Shown here: one piece after another, positions 36,387-47,683 of the stretch
Layout: the number at the start of each line of letters is the position of its first letter
How positions within the stretch are numbered: the first letter of the stretch is position 1
Source of the DNA: Sarea resinae
Lineage: Eukaryota
Assembly: GCA_026026165.1 (NCBI GenBank)
Contig: JAPEUD010000013.1
Span: 62,001-126,000 of the forward strand
DNA: 64,000 nucleotides
Direction: 5' to 3'
The notes under the pieces: model-generated
Told to the model about the DNA's origin: nothing
The model's database searches: none
Seen by the model: the letters and a program-made list of their open reading frames with translations, nothing else
Made by a program: the position numbers and the translations under genes

Positions 36387-38209
36387 ATGGACTACCATGG
36401 TAACGGGCCGGCCACCGGCGTAAATCGAATCCCGCTTGGAGGTACGAGAGATCGGGATCGTCATCATAACCGGCTCCAAATCCTTTCTTCCATTACGAAT
36501 CGAGTTGGCACTGATGAAGGCGGCAATGATTACCATCGCCCTAAATATCGTGAGTTGCCTCCAGATATCCCGGCTGGACTGAGAGAAAGAGACCGCCATG
36601 ATCGGCCTCCCAATTACCACCCTCATCCTTTGCCACCTCAAGTGGCCAGCTTCTCGAAAGATGTCCCCACAGGCCCAAGAGCTCTCACTGGCCGCTATCA
36701 GCACCAACAACTGCATTCGGATGACCCTACAGAGGGTAGGCGTGCCAGTCAACACCAAAGCTCATATTCTTCCGCCATAGCCGCCACACCCCTTCAACCC
36801 CCGCAGCCTGCTAGGGGTGGAGCTCCGGCATTATCCACGCCGATAGGTGAAGCTCCAGGTCTCGAGAATCGACCGTATCATCAGCCAACCCCGGCAGCAG
36901 CTTCATGGAATCATCTTCCACCAATCAGAAGCTCGTCGATGCCAGAGGTCCCGGAAAAGATCCTCGCAGGGCCACTAGACAAGAAAACCTGGCATGAGAG
37001 ACGTGACGGGTGGTTTCAGGGGTACCAAGATGATCACTTGGCTCGCACTTCGGTTCCTGAATTCGAAGACGATTTTTCCCCTGAAGTCATTGAAGCCAAT
37101 AAGCGGAATGTTCATGACCCTCACTGGAAGGATTTTGTCGACAATCAAGACTGGAGCCGTGAAGATGCGACTTTTTCTCTAGAATATATCATTGCAGATT
37201 GGACCGATGTGAGAACCAACCGATGGCTGCATGAAGAAGGGAGAGCCACTCATTTTAAGATTGGAAAGGTCTTAGACTTGGTATGGAACGCAAAACCGCC
37301 GCTTTTCCAGGTCCTTCTCGATCGCAAACCCGTTGAATTTATGAGTTTCACGCCCAGCCAGGTACTAAAGATCGTCTACTGGGAAGGCCGTGCTCCGTCC
37401 AGAATGTATGTCGAGATCGAACAGGATTTTTTTGCCGGAGAGGCCAAAAGTCTCCTCAATTTCTTTCTGAAAATAACGAACGCGGAATTCGCCAGACTCT
37501 ACCAGATTCTGAGGGCGGTACTCGGTAGTACAAGGATCGAGTCGGAGAAGCAGATGTGAGTGGCAGATTGCTTTCCTTTGTGTTCTGGTTCTGTCCTTTG
37601 ATTCTGCATTTAACGCAAGCAGGCGGCTAATTCGTAATCTTCTTTAGGCGGTATTTCAATGATCGCAGCGCCGATTTGAGGGAACTGCAGCGGCTTGGCG
37701 GAGCGAGGGTAATAGCCATCAAAAAATGGTTAGACGCAAATGAGGTCAATGAGGTCACTGCACCAGTACCAATGATCAACACCTTGCCACCATCATCACA
37801 ATCAAACCTGGGACTTTCCTCAGCCTCTACAGCAACGCAACCGCCTGCATCTGCCTCGACACGGCAAGGAAGCCAAGCTCGTCAGCATAATAGTCTCAAT
37901 ATGATGAGGCCACCAGCTAGGCCTAGGTCAAGATCGGCAAGCCGGAGGCCCCGTCAACCTGAGCCTCAATCCTTGGGCCCTTATTCTCTGCGAGGCTCTA
38001 GGGACTATGCCACATGGAGGGCTCCAGGGGGAGACTGGTCACGCGCTATACCCACGAGAGATAATCGTGGAAATCCCGTTGTTATAGCCGGGGACGACGG
38101 TAGGGGGAACAATGGGAGGGATAGAGATGCTGATACCGAGAGAAACGCCCACAGAGAGAGTGACGGTGGTGGTCGGCAGAGAGCGAGAGGCGGTAATGGG
38201 GGTGCATGA
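36387..38209 (+). CDS. Hypothetical protein with disordered termini and a central globular domain; exons 36387-37555 and 37648-38209
   Basis: A 390-codon ORF joins a second ORF in frame through GTGAGT...GCTAAT...TTTAG. No family recognised. Confidence 0.65.
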
Positions 38210-39541
38210 AGAGGTCGGACATCTGGTCCAGTTCCCCCAATTCCCGCGAGGATGAATTGAGATTGTCCGTGGTGGCGATGATGTTGTTTCCTTTTTAGTG
38301 GGCCTGCCAGCGGATTATTTGTTTTGTTTGGCAATGCTCTGCGGTTCTTTGGGCAAATCTGCTTTGGGCAATGGACTGGATCGGTGGCTTTGAGTGCTTG
38401 GACTACCGATGGGATACTTGTTGGCTGTATGATAAATGCTGCTTATGCTTTCTTTCTTGACACGAGTTTGGGCGTCGGTATTGGCATTGGCATTGGCATT
38501 GACATGGGCATGGGCATAGGGGCATTGATGAATGGACGGCATCATGAAATCACGATTAATGATGATGATAAAATAAAACCAAAATTCCTCTCTCTGTCTC
38601 GCCATGGTTCCCTCTTCGATTAAGGTGTGGATTTGCTACTTGGTGGAGTGTTTCTCAATCGAGATCTTGGTCTGATGTTTCAGAGCTTGATTGCTTCTTG
38701 TTCCTAAAGATTTAACAAGTTGACAAGGGGGCATGATGATGAGGTCTCTCTAGGTACCTTAAGCTGAAGTACGGTACTCGGGTACGCTATGGCCAAGAAA
38801 AGGGTAAGGTAAGGTATTGTGTGATGGATATATCATAGGTAGGGAGCGGTGAGGTTTGTTGGATGGTTGAATAATATGAATGTCTAACTATATCTTAGAT
38901 AGAGGATAGTTTCGGACGCGTTGTTTATTACGTTTTTCTCTCTCTGCAACCTCTCTCTCTGAATTCTCTTGATATTGTCGGACAACAAGCCAAAAGGGTA
39001 GCGCCCCTTTAAAGGACTTGCTTGTAATTCGTCTACAGTTTGTATTCCGACGGGTATTGCTCTGTTTTCTTCTAGGTGCAGAGTAGAAAGGTAAGGCGAG
39101 GGGGGAATAAGTGGATGATTTGGGAATTAGGGGACAAATAAGGGGATGAATAGCGAGGTGATTGGCGAGGTGAATGGATAATTGGGTGAGTCAGAATGGG
39201 AATAGCTGGATGGACGGATTTGGCGATTACTAGATTTTTTTGAGGTAGAGAGAGGGAGGAGGGGGTGGGGGGGTTTGTGGTGAGAGAAACCTATGCCATG
39301 TTTTAATATGCTATGCTGTGCTATGCTAGACTATATATACCATGGCCAGCCATGAACGCCTGATTTTATTCTGTGACGGCCACCTCTTTAGACATAAGCC
39401 ATGCCCTTCGATCCGATCCCATCCCAGCCCAGCCCAACACAAGCTGAAACGACCGATAACGCCTCTACCTATGCGCCTAACCTGTCCTGATCATACCTGA
39501 TCCCATAGCGCCCAAGAAAAAGAGCCCGGTTAGGGGGTAGA

Positions 39542-40522
39542 TTAGGGCGTGCCCAGATACCTCAAGACGTCATCACTGGCATAGAACATCTCGTGCAATC
39601 GATCCTGCTCCCGACGAGAGGCCTCGGCGCGTCTGCGCACCGTCTTGGCGTCTTTCTTTCCTTCGGCCTTTCCGTTTCCATTTGGGTCTCGCTTTAGCCT
39701 GCCATTCATCCCCTGTATTTTGCTCGACCGGATATTCACCTCCCCCTCTTGCTCTGCCTTATGCCTCGTCGCACCTGCCTTCGCCTTCTTAACCTCTCGA
39801 TCCTCATCCTCGCCCGAAACCCGAGTCTCGACCCCTAGGCCCACGGTGTCATTCTTGATTTTCCCTTTGACCGGCACGCGGATGCCGGAGCCCGAGGCGC
39901 CGAGCCCGAGGCGACTGTCGGGGTCCCAGCCGTAGGAGGAGAGGTAGCGGAGGCCGAGTCTGGAGCGGTCGAGGTGGGAGGGCGGATGCGAGTGGGGGAG
40001 GGAGAGCTGGTGAGGGAGAGTGGCTTCATGCGGGTGAGTGGTTGAGGGCGTGGTGAGTGGCAGATTACAGATGTCGCATAGGGGTGATGGCGGTGGCGGT
40101 GGTGGTGATGGGGGCGTGGATCCGGCTTGGTCCTTGGCCGTTTCTGTACTCTCCTCGTCGCTGCTGGTTCTCAGTGTAGCGGGCTTTGCTTCCGTTCCTG
40201 GTCCCTGCTGCGTTGCTTGGCCTAGCACGATGGCTAGATACCGATCCCCTACTTGTCTCTCGCTCGCCGCCGCCTTGTTCTCTTGGATATGTATCGTACT
40301 GGCCGTGAGCGAGGACTCGGTCGTAGATGGAACGAAGGGGACACGCTTTCGTTTTATGCCGGCGCCGAAAACGCGCTGGTCTTGGAGCGGGATGAAGTAT
40401 TCCTCTTCGTCGTAAGAGGAGCTGGGGCCGGGGGCGTTGCGGTCGCGGTTGGGCGAGTGCGGGGCGGGATGCTGATCCGGTGCCATTTCTCTGGGCCGTG
40501 GTGGGTATGTGATGGAGGGCAT
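39542..40522 (-). CDS. G-patch domain protein (GPANK1-like, with CxxC...H...H motif)
   Basis: CDICNLP...HEATLPHQ, followed by the G-patch GLRYLSSYGWDPDSRLGLGASGSGIRVPV. Confidence 0.85.
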   Translation of the reverse strand: MPSITYPPRPREMAPDQHPAPHSPNRDRNAPGPSSSYDEEEYFIPLQDQRVFGAGIKRKRVPFVPSTTESSLTASTIHIQENKAAASERQVGDRYLAIVLGQATQQGPGTEAKPATLRTSSDEESTETAKDQAGSTPPSPPPPPPSPLCDICNLPLTTPSTTHPHEATLPHQLSLPHSHPPSHLDRSRLGLRYLSSYGWDPDSRLGLGASGSGIRVPVKGKIKNDTVGLGVETRVSGEDEDREVKKAKAGATRHKAEQEGEVNIRSSKIQGMNGRLKRDPNGNGKAEGKKDAKTVRRRAEASRREQDRLHEMFYASDDVLRYLGTP

Positions 40523-40810
40523 TTACTGCTGGTGTCGCGGGGCTTTAGATGCTGCACTTGGCAATGCTCAGCGGTGCCCATTCAGCCAGTTTCCGCCTCT
40601 TTGAATTGAATCCGCAACTGGCATATTCTTGCAAGATCACAGCGCTGGGTAGATGTCATAGCAATGTTTCTCTCCAGGCGCGAGGATCTTATCTTATCAG
40701 ATCAGCATCATCGAGAGCTTCTATATCCGTCTGGACCACAAGCGTCTCCTAAATTCCATCCAAGCATCTAAGCACTCAAGCATTCAAGCATCCAAGCACC
40801 TTACGGCGAG

Positions 40811-42084
40811 ATGCCTCTGCCACTTCTCGCCGATGCTATCTTCAATGGCCCATCTTCTATTCCTTATGGATATGCCATCTTGAAAGCCATACCATGTCTC
40901 TTTTTGATCTATGTCCTGAAGGTGTACTTCGGAGGTGCTACGAACCGGTCTGAGCGAGTGATGCACTCCAAGGTGGTGATGATTACAGTACAGCGCCTTT
41001 CTTTCAGTATGACTGCAATCGCTAATGTGCAAAGGGTGGAACATCCGGAATAGGAGCTGCAGTGGCCCGATTACTCGCCGAACGAGGCGCTCAGGTCGTA
41101 CTCTTGACCCGTCACCCTGTCTCGGACCCTTTCCTCGTCGACTATGTCGACGATCTTCGCGAAATCACCAAGAACGAGCTCATCTACACCGAACAAGTTG
41201 ATCTTTCTTCTCTCCACTCGATCCGCCAGTTCGCTACCAAGTGGGTCGACAATGCGCCACCTCGAAGATTGGACATGATTATCCTCTGCGCCAATACCAT
41301 GACTCCACCAACGGGAAAACCAGAAGTCACGCAAGACGGGCTCGAGTCTAGCTGGGGCGTCAACTATTTGGCCAACTTTCACCTTCTGTCAATTTTGAGT
41401 CCGGCCATCCGAGCACAGCCCGCGGACCGAGATGTCCGCATCGTCTTCGCTACTTGTTCGAGCTATATCGGAGGCGACCTGAACCTTAAAGAGAAGAAAA
41501 GGAAGGAAAAGTTTGCCAGCGGGAAAGTCTACGGGACGAGCAAATTGGCATTGATGGTGTTTGCGCAAGCTTTTCAGAAACACTTGGATGCGTACGAGCG
41601 CCCTGACAAGCAGCCCATGAACGCTAGAGTGATGCTCGTCGATCCTGGTTGGTCTAGAACTCCGGGCATGTTACGCTGGATGAGTGCGGGCTCTTTGTGG
41701 GGATTATTGGTCTACCTGGTCATGTGGCCTCTCTACTGGCTGGTCTTGAAGTCTCCAGAACAAGGAGCTCAGAGCTTCCTACTCGCGGCCATGGAGGCTG
41801 ACCTGGGCCGAGGCGCCGGTGGAAGATTTTTGAAGGAGTGTCGGGACGTGCCCTTTGCAAGGAGAGAGATTGGAGATGATACGGTGGCCAAAGACCTATG
41901 GGAGTTGAGCGAGAAGCAAATCGAGAAACTGGAGAAGGAGGGAGCAGTGAAGAGAGCGCTGAAGAAGAAAGAGGCGGAGGAGTTGGAGAAGCAGAAGACT
42001 GACAGTGGGGAGAAAGCCAAAGAGCAGACGGCCTCCACTGGAGGGAAGAAGGCCGGTTCAAGACGGAGTCGAAAGACGGGCTGA
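40811..42084 (+). CDS. Short-chain dehydrogenase/reductase, Pbr1 (YNL181W)-like; exons 40811-40987 and 41035-42084
   Basis: Splicing creates VVMITGGTSGIG (TGxxxGIG). Also KWVDNAPPRRLDMI and the catalytic YGTSK (YxxSK). Confidence 0.88.
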
Positions 42085-42602
42085 TGGGAAAATCTAACGA
42101 TGATTGCATAGCGGAGGCGTCCGAGACTTTATCTCCTGGCGATTAGTGTGTACATTTTGTAGTAGCGTTGTGAAACGATCATTTGATACTGTTTTCCTCT
42201 TTACATCCTCCGTGATATGAATTCAAGAGCCAGTAAGCGTAATAATTGCATTTGTGGCACCAAATTTCCCTGTGCAGCCGAGGCATCCATCCATGGATGA
42301 CATCTTTGGTTGCCGTTTTATATGCAAGGTACAAAGTACTTCGTATCTCGCACATCACCTTCCAGGCAGCTGCCGCGCGCCTCGTCTCGCCTACAACTTA
42401 AGCTCCATCGAAGCTCATAGAGCCGCATCACCACAGCTCCGCCATACCTCATCTATCGCCATCGTCCACCATCGTCCATCGGCCACCATCCAACCTTATA
42501 AGCCTCTCGACCCTGCTAGCTATCTATCAAACCAGCCATCATCTGTCAAAGCAGCATCAGATCTACAGCAAAGCTCTCCCAATCTACGGACTTATTCTCA
42601 AA

Positions 42603-43306
42603 ATGGTACGCCTGGCTTCATTTCACTCGCCTTCCCATCAACCAGACCCCGGCCATCTTCGTGCTCCCTCTACGCAGATCCAGGAGCTAATATAATCACA
42701 CGCAGTCTCTCCGTATCACCCCCTCCGCCACAACCTCGAATCCCTCCCACACATCCGCCCCCCTCTCTGCGCCCTCTGCACCTGGCCTACCCGACCCTCT
42801 CCGAAATCGCCAAAACCACCCAATCGCCCCCTCATCGAAAACGAACACGACATCTGCGCCAACTGAATCTGCACACCCGCTAGAATCGCGTCTCAAAAAC
42901 TGGGCCGCCACGCAAGAGGCGTTGAAGATGGAGTCCCTACGCCGCGTCTTTGGCATCGCGGAACCTGTTCGCAGAGGCATGGAACTCAAGATTGCAAGGG
43001 AGGGCGAGTGGAGACCTGCTGTACTTGGGGGTGGGATCGGGAGAAGCGGCGTCCATGAGGAGGTGTTGGGAGGCAGGGATACGGAGATTAGCTGGGAGGA
43101 TGTGTTTAGGGGTGCGTATCTTTTCTTTCTCTTTCGGGGATTGCTTTCTCCTTCCGCCTTCAGAATAGAGGGGGAAAGAAGAAACAGATTCCACGTATTG
43201 GCGGGCTTTTCATACTAACGTCCTGGCTGCTCACACAGGCGATGAACTCCGCGACATCCCTGATTTCCACACGGAGATGGAGGCGAGGCTGGGAATGAAC
43301 TGGTAG
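42603..43306 (+). CDS. UMP1: Proteasome maturation factor Ump1, 158 aa; exons 42603-42605, 42706-43111, 43239-43306
   Basis: HPLESRLKNW, LRRVFGIAEPVRRGMEL, HEEVLGGRDTEISWEDVF and DFHTEMEARLGM. Both introns are GT-AG with branch sites. Confidence 0.9.
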
Positions 43307-44267
43307 GACGTCTATGTCATCAACTTGATGGGTCGACATTTAATATCAAATGGGATGGGACTATCTCTTTACCTCTCATTGGAAGCATCATGGAAAAGAG
43401 GGCGCGGCAAGGTAGAGCCGAGATTCTATCTGCAAACGGGGCTGGGTGCTGGTTGGTCGTCGCTTGATGGGCATGAAGTGGTAGAGCATTGGAGAAGTAG
43501 CGATGGTTACTGGGTTGGCTGGGTGTAGAGAAGGAGAGGGAGTCATCGAATGGAATGGTTGACTGATTCATGGTGTAAGTAAGAAAGCAAGAAGAGCGTT
43601 TTCGTTCATTTCCAATGCAATGCAATTACCACAGATCTACATTGGTCCATGAACATCTGACCTCCTCTCGGGTCTTTCATTGTTGCCCTGCTCATCTCGC
43701 AATGGAAACTTTCTCCAAGGTCTTTGGTGATAGGAATAGGACAGAAGGTGTTTATAGCAATCCATGATGCTTGCCTTTTTGCTGTACCCTAGCGGAAAAG
43801 TCGACGATCGGGTTGAGCCGAATTTACCCCACAGACACTGTCATCGTAGGTACTCGTAGCTCGACGTCTCGTTCGTTCAACCTCGCATTTCTTCCTTCGC
43901 AGCGGTTGAAAGTCTCTACTTTGAATTCATTGTCTTCGTTCAAAATCGACTTAGCATAGGTGCTAGTCTATCAGCAAGAGTATCACGAAGCATGCCTCTT
44001 TTATCGAGCCATAATTAAGACAAATACCTAGTGCAATGCAAAGTAGTTCTGTTCCAAGGCGGCCGATAATAAAGTTCCTCAAGAGCCGTTTTCTAGTCTA
44101 GATTAGGGATCCCGATCCTCAACATCCGCCGAGGGGTCTCCGCCTCAGCTTGCTCTTCCGATAGCCACCATCACAACAACGTAGTAGCAGATATACAGCT
44201 GGTAGACCGAAAAGCATCGGGAATCTTCATCAGTCAGGGCGCTCTACCAGTGAAGCAATTGGCTGCA

Positions 44268-45956
44268 ATGTCAACGAGCCGGACGACGGCCGTTTCTGCC
44301 CCTGGTAAAGTCCTCTTGACCGGGGGCTATCTCGTCCTCGACCGCCACTATACCGGTCTGGTTTTTGGCCTCGATGCGCGCATTCACGTTCACGTCAAAC
44401 CTCTGTCCACCATCCCTGGAGTGAGCCTGTCCGAAATCATTGTCAGGTCACCTCAGTTCAGAGACGCCGAATGGAGATACGGCTACAGACTGGCTGAACA
44501 TGACGGCGGCATCGAAGTCACTCAGCTGAAAGGGTCAGTGCTGAATTCTTGTTTGCGAGCACTAACTCCCGCACTGTCTGAATCCTTTTTTCACCTGCTT
44601 TTGCAATCAATTCTCCCATTATACTCCTGAGAGGAGTTTCTTGTTTATTTTAGTTCTATCATCCTCTGCGAAGAACCATGTACCTTTTATGCATCGCAGA
44701 CAGCGCATTCATGCACTATATATCTTTTTCAAAGCACGCAGGGCAGCTATGGGCGATCATCGCTCACCAAAAGTCAACCTTGGCGCCTTCCAAGTCCATT
44801 TTGTCACTAATTGTATTAACTCTATAGCTCTTCAACAACATCACTCTCTCGGAATCCCTTCGTCGAAACCGCTCTTAGCTACGCCCTCACCTACGTTTCA
44901 TCACTCGGCTCTCCTAATTTTGAGCCGTCCTTAATTACCATCTTGGCAGATAACGACTACTACTCCCAGCCTAATTCAAACTCTACACAAATTGCAGGAA
45001 AAGGCGATCGTTTCATAAATTTTCATGTACCCCTTTACGAAGCCCACAAGACCGGATTAGGGTCATCGGCAGCCCTTGTAACGGCTTTCACTGCAGGCAT
45101 ACTCGCCCATTATGCGCCGCAAAAGGACTTCATCTCAACGGACGCTGGAAAAGCCATACTCCACAACCTGGCTCAAGCCGCCCACTGTGCCGCGCAGGGA
45201 AAAGTTGGTTCTGGTTTCGATGTCGCTGCGGCCGTCTACGGTTCCTCTGTCTACCGACGCTTCTCACCCTCCATACTGGAAGCGCTCGGGGAGAAAAATT
45301 CATCGTCATTTGCGACGAGGCTGAAAGACGTTGTCGAAAACTCGCTCGAGTCGGCCAAATGGGATACGGAGATCATAAAATCCGCCGTCAGCGTACCTCG
45401 GGGGGTGAGGCTGGTAATGTGTGACGTCGACTGCGGCTCGCAGACGGTTGGCATGGTCAAGAAACTACTGTCGTGGCGGAAAGAGAACCCGAAGCACGCG
45501 AATGACTTATGGAGCTCCCTACAGCAGAACAATGAGGCACTCAGTCATGCTCTCGTGACACTCGCTCGTCGAGGGTTGAAATCCGATGATGATCTTCAGC
45601 TTCTTCGGACTTCGATTTCTGATATTCGCTCCCTTATTCGGGAGATGTCGACGGCCGCGGATGTTCCCATCGAGCCCAAATCGCAGACCGACCTCCTGGA
45701 TGCATGTTCCCAATTACCAGGAGTTGTTGGAGGCGTCGTGCCCGGGGCTGGGGGATTCGATGCTGTCGCTCTACTGATAAAGGATAAGGAGGAAGTGTTA
45801 CTTGGGCTGCAGAAGTTCCTCGAGGATTGGAAGGTCACGGTGGACGACAGCAGTGCGGGAAGTCGAATCGGAAGGGTTCGACTATTGGGGGTCAGGCAAG
45901 ACATGGAAGGGGTCCGGATGGAAAAGGATGACGAGTACGGCGATTGGACGCGATAG
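44268..45956 (+). CDS. ERG8: Phosphomevalonate kinase; exons 44268-44533 and 44828-45956
   Basis: SAPGKVLLTGGYLVLD, NPFVETAL, KTGLGSSAAL, AHCAAQGKVGSGFDVA and VPGAGGFDA (GHMP kinase motifs). Confidence 0.95.
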
Positions 45957-46698
45957 GATGGCGAAGTGAAGCAATGGTCCTTGGCGCCGAATCAGGAGAT
46001 AATGTCCCCAAGTTCACCGTCTCGTTCTTGCTGCTTCATGCGTGTCTACAAGTACGAATACTGCATGCGGTCGAGGGAGGAGGTGAATTCCCCTCGGCCT
46101 GCTTGCTTTTCTCCTTCCGGCTCATCGCTCTACCACGTGTTGGTTCTATTTATTGGGTGTATGGGGATGACTAAGAAGACGACGAGCAATCAAGCTTCCA
46201 GCCAGCGGCCTCGCTCCAATGCACGGCGGAGACTAAGAGACTACGAGACGGGTAGAGTCCCAAGTACAGGCGAGGTACTTCGTAGTACCCCTAGTAGCGT
46301 CTCATAGTGGTAGCACCATGGATACCATCATGGATACCAACCCACACCAGCCTATACCCATTCCATGTAAAGTACCTTGGCCCCTCGGCCCATACTATGG
46401 TACTCGAGGTACGAAACTACTCCGGAGTAGATACTCGGAGGTACTTTGTGCAATACCTCATCATCCATCTCAGCCAAAGTAGGTACGGATACGCAGTGAG
46501 GTAAGACAAGACCAGACAAGACACTGGAATCCAGCAAGACAAGACGAAGACAGAAGACGACAGACAGCTCACATCACCGCCACACGACATCTCCCTCCCA
46601 TCCCATGCTCCTCGCAGGGCCATGCTCCAACATCTCCCTCTTTGACCGCGTTGCACTTCCCTTTGCACCTTCCAGACGAGACGTCTTCGCCCGCATAG

Positions 46699-47683
46699 AT
46701 GGCGTCCAATTCGTCAATGCCAGCAGTGCCGCCGAATGAAGAAGCCACGGCCACGGCCACCAGCACTTCCACGGCTCATGGCGAGCCGTCTGCCACCAAT
46801 CCAGATGGTATGCCAGCTTCGCATGTCGAGATGAGCAATTTGGAGTCTCAGACGCGTTCAGGTGCTCGTTCGAGCGATGTGCCGCGGTCGTCCGGGGTAG
46901 TGGCTTCATATACGCAGGCCGATAGCTCCAAGGACATTCAACTCATGGCTTCATCGTCATCAGCGGACGCTCCAAAGGTCTCACACGGCACGAGTCAGCA
47001 TGCAACGCAGACGTCGAACGCTACAGCATCCTCGATACCGCCCGATCAACAGTTGGCGAGCGCTGCAATTGGACCCTCCCTAGAGCATTCGAAGTCTACG
47101 AGGAAGGAAGCCGAGCGTGCTGGACCAACGGTGCATATTACGTTACTTTTGATCAATGGAGCGAGACACCCATTCAAGATCGATGAGAAGTACTTGAAGA
47201 AGCGGAACGTGAGCGCGACGGGAATGGATCCGTTCAACATCAGCGTGTATACTCTAAAAGAGTTGATCTGGCGAGAATGGAGAGATGGTAAGGTTTCACG
47301 CGCGGCATGAGACTGCTTGCAAGCAGGCAGTCAGCTTGTCTTCTGTTCAACGATCAATTGGCTAAATCCAAAGTGACAGAATGGGAAGCACGTCCCTCGA
47401 GTCCCAGCTCCATCCGTCTGATCCATTTCGGACGATTGCTAGACGACAAGACGCCATTGAAAGGTCAGAGTTCCCTTGGACTATCCATCCTTGACATCTT
47501 GACCGCCTTCTCACATATGACCCAGACTGCCGATTCAATGCCGAATCCCCCAACGTCGTGCACATGACCGTGCGACCCCAAGAGCTTGTCGACGAAGAAG
47601 ACGCCAAGACGGCGAAGCAGGGGTATGGACGAGACCGGGAAGGTAGCGAGTCGACTGCTGGATGCCGTTGCGTCATTCTGTAG
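46699..47683 (+). CDS. UBL3/MUB-like membrane-anchored ubiquitin-fold protein with a C-terminal CAAX motif, 276 aa; exons 46699-47287, 47380-47463, 47526-47683
   Basis: DPFNISVYTLKELIWREW, IRLIHFGRLLDD and NVVHMTVRP. The spliced C-terminus is GCRCVIL*. Confidence 0.88.

Noticed and set aside
24689..40522. Functional cluster of RNA-metabolism genes (PRP22, SUV3, G-patch protein)
   Set aside because: They act in different compartments and are interspersed with unrelated genes. Known G-patch partners are Prp43 and Prp2 rather than Prp22, so chance is sufficient.
42250..42270. Rpn4/PACE element upstream of UMP1
   Set aside because: GTGGCACCAAA is not a convincing match to GGTGGCAAA.
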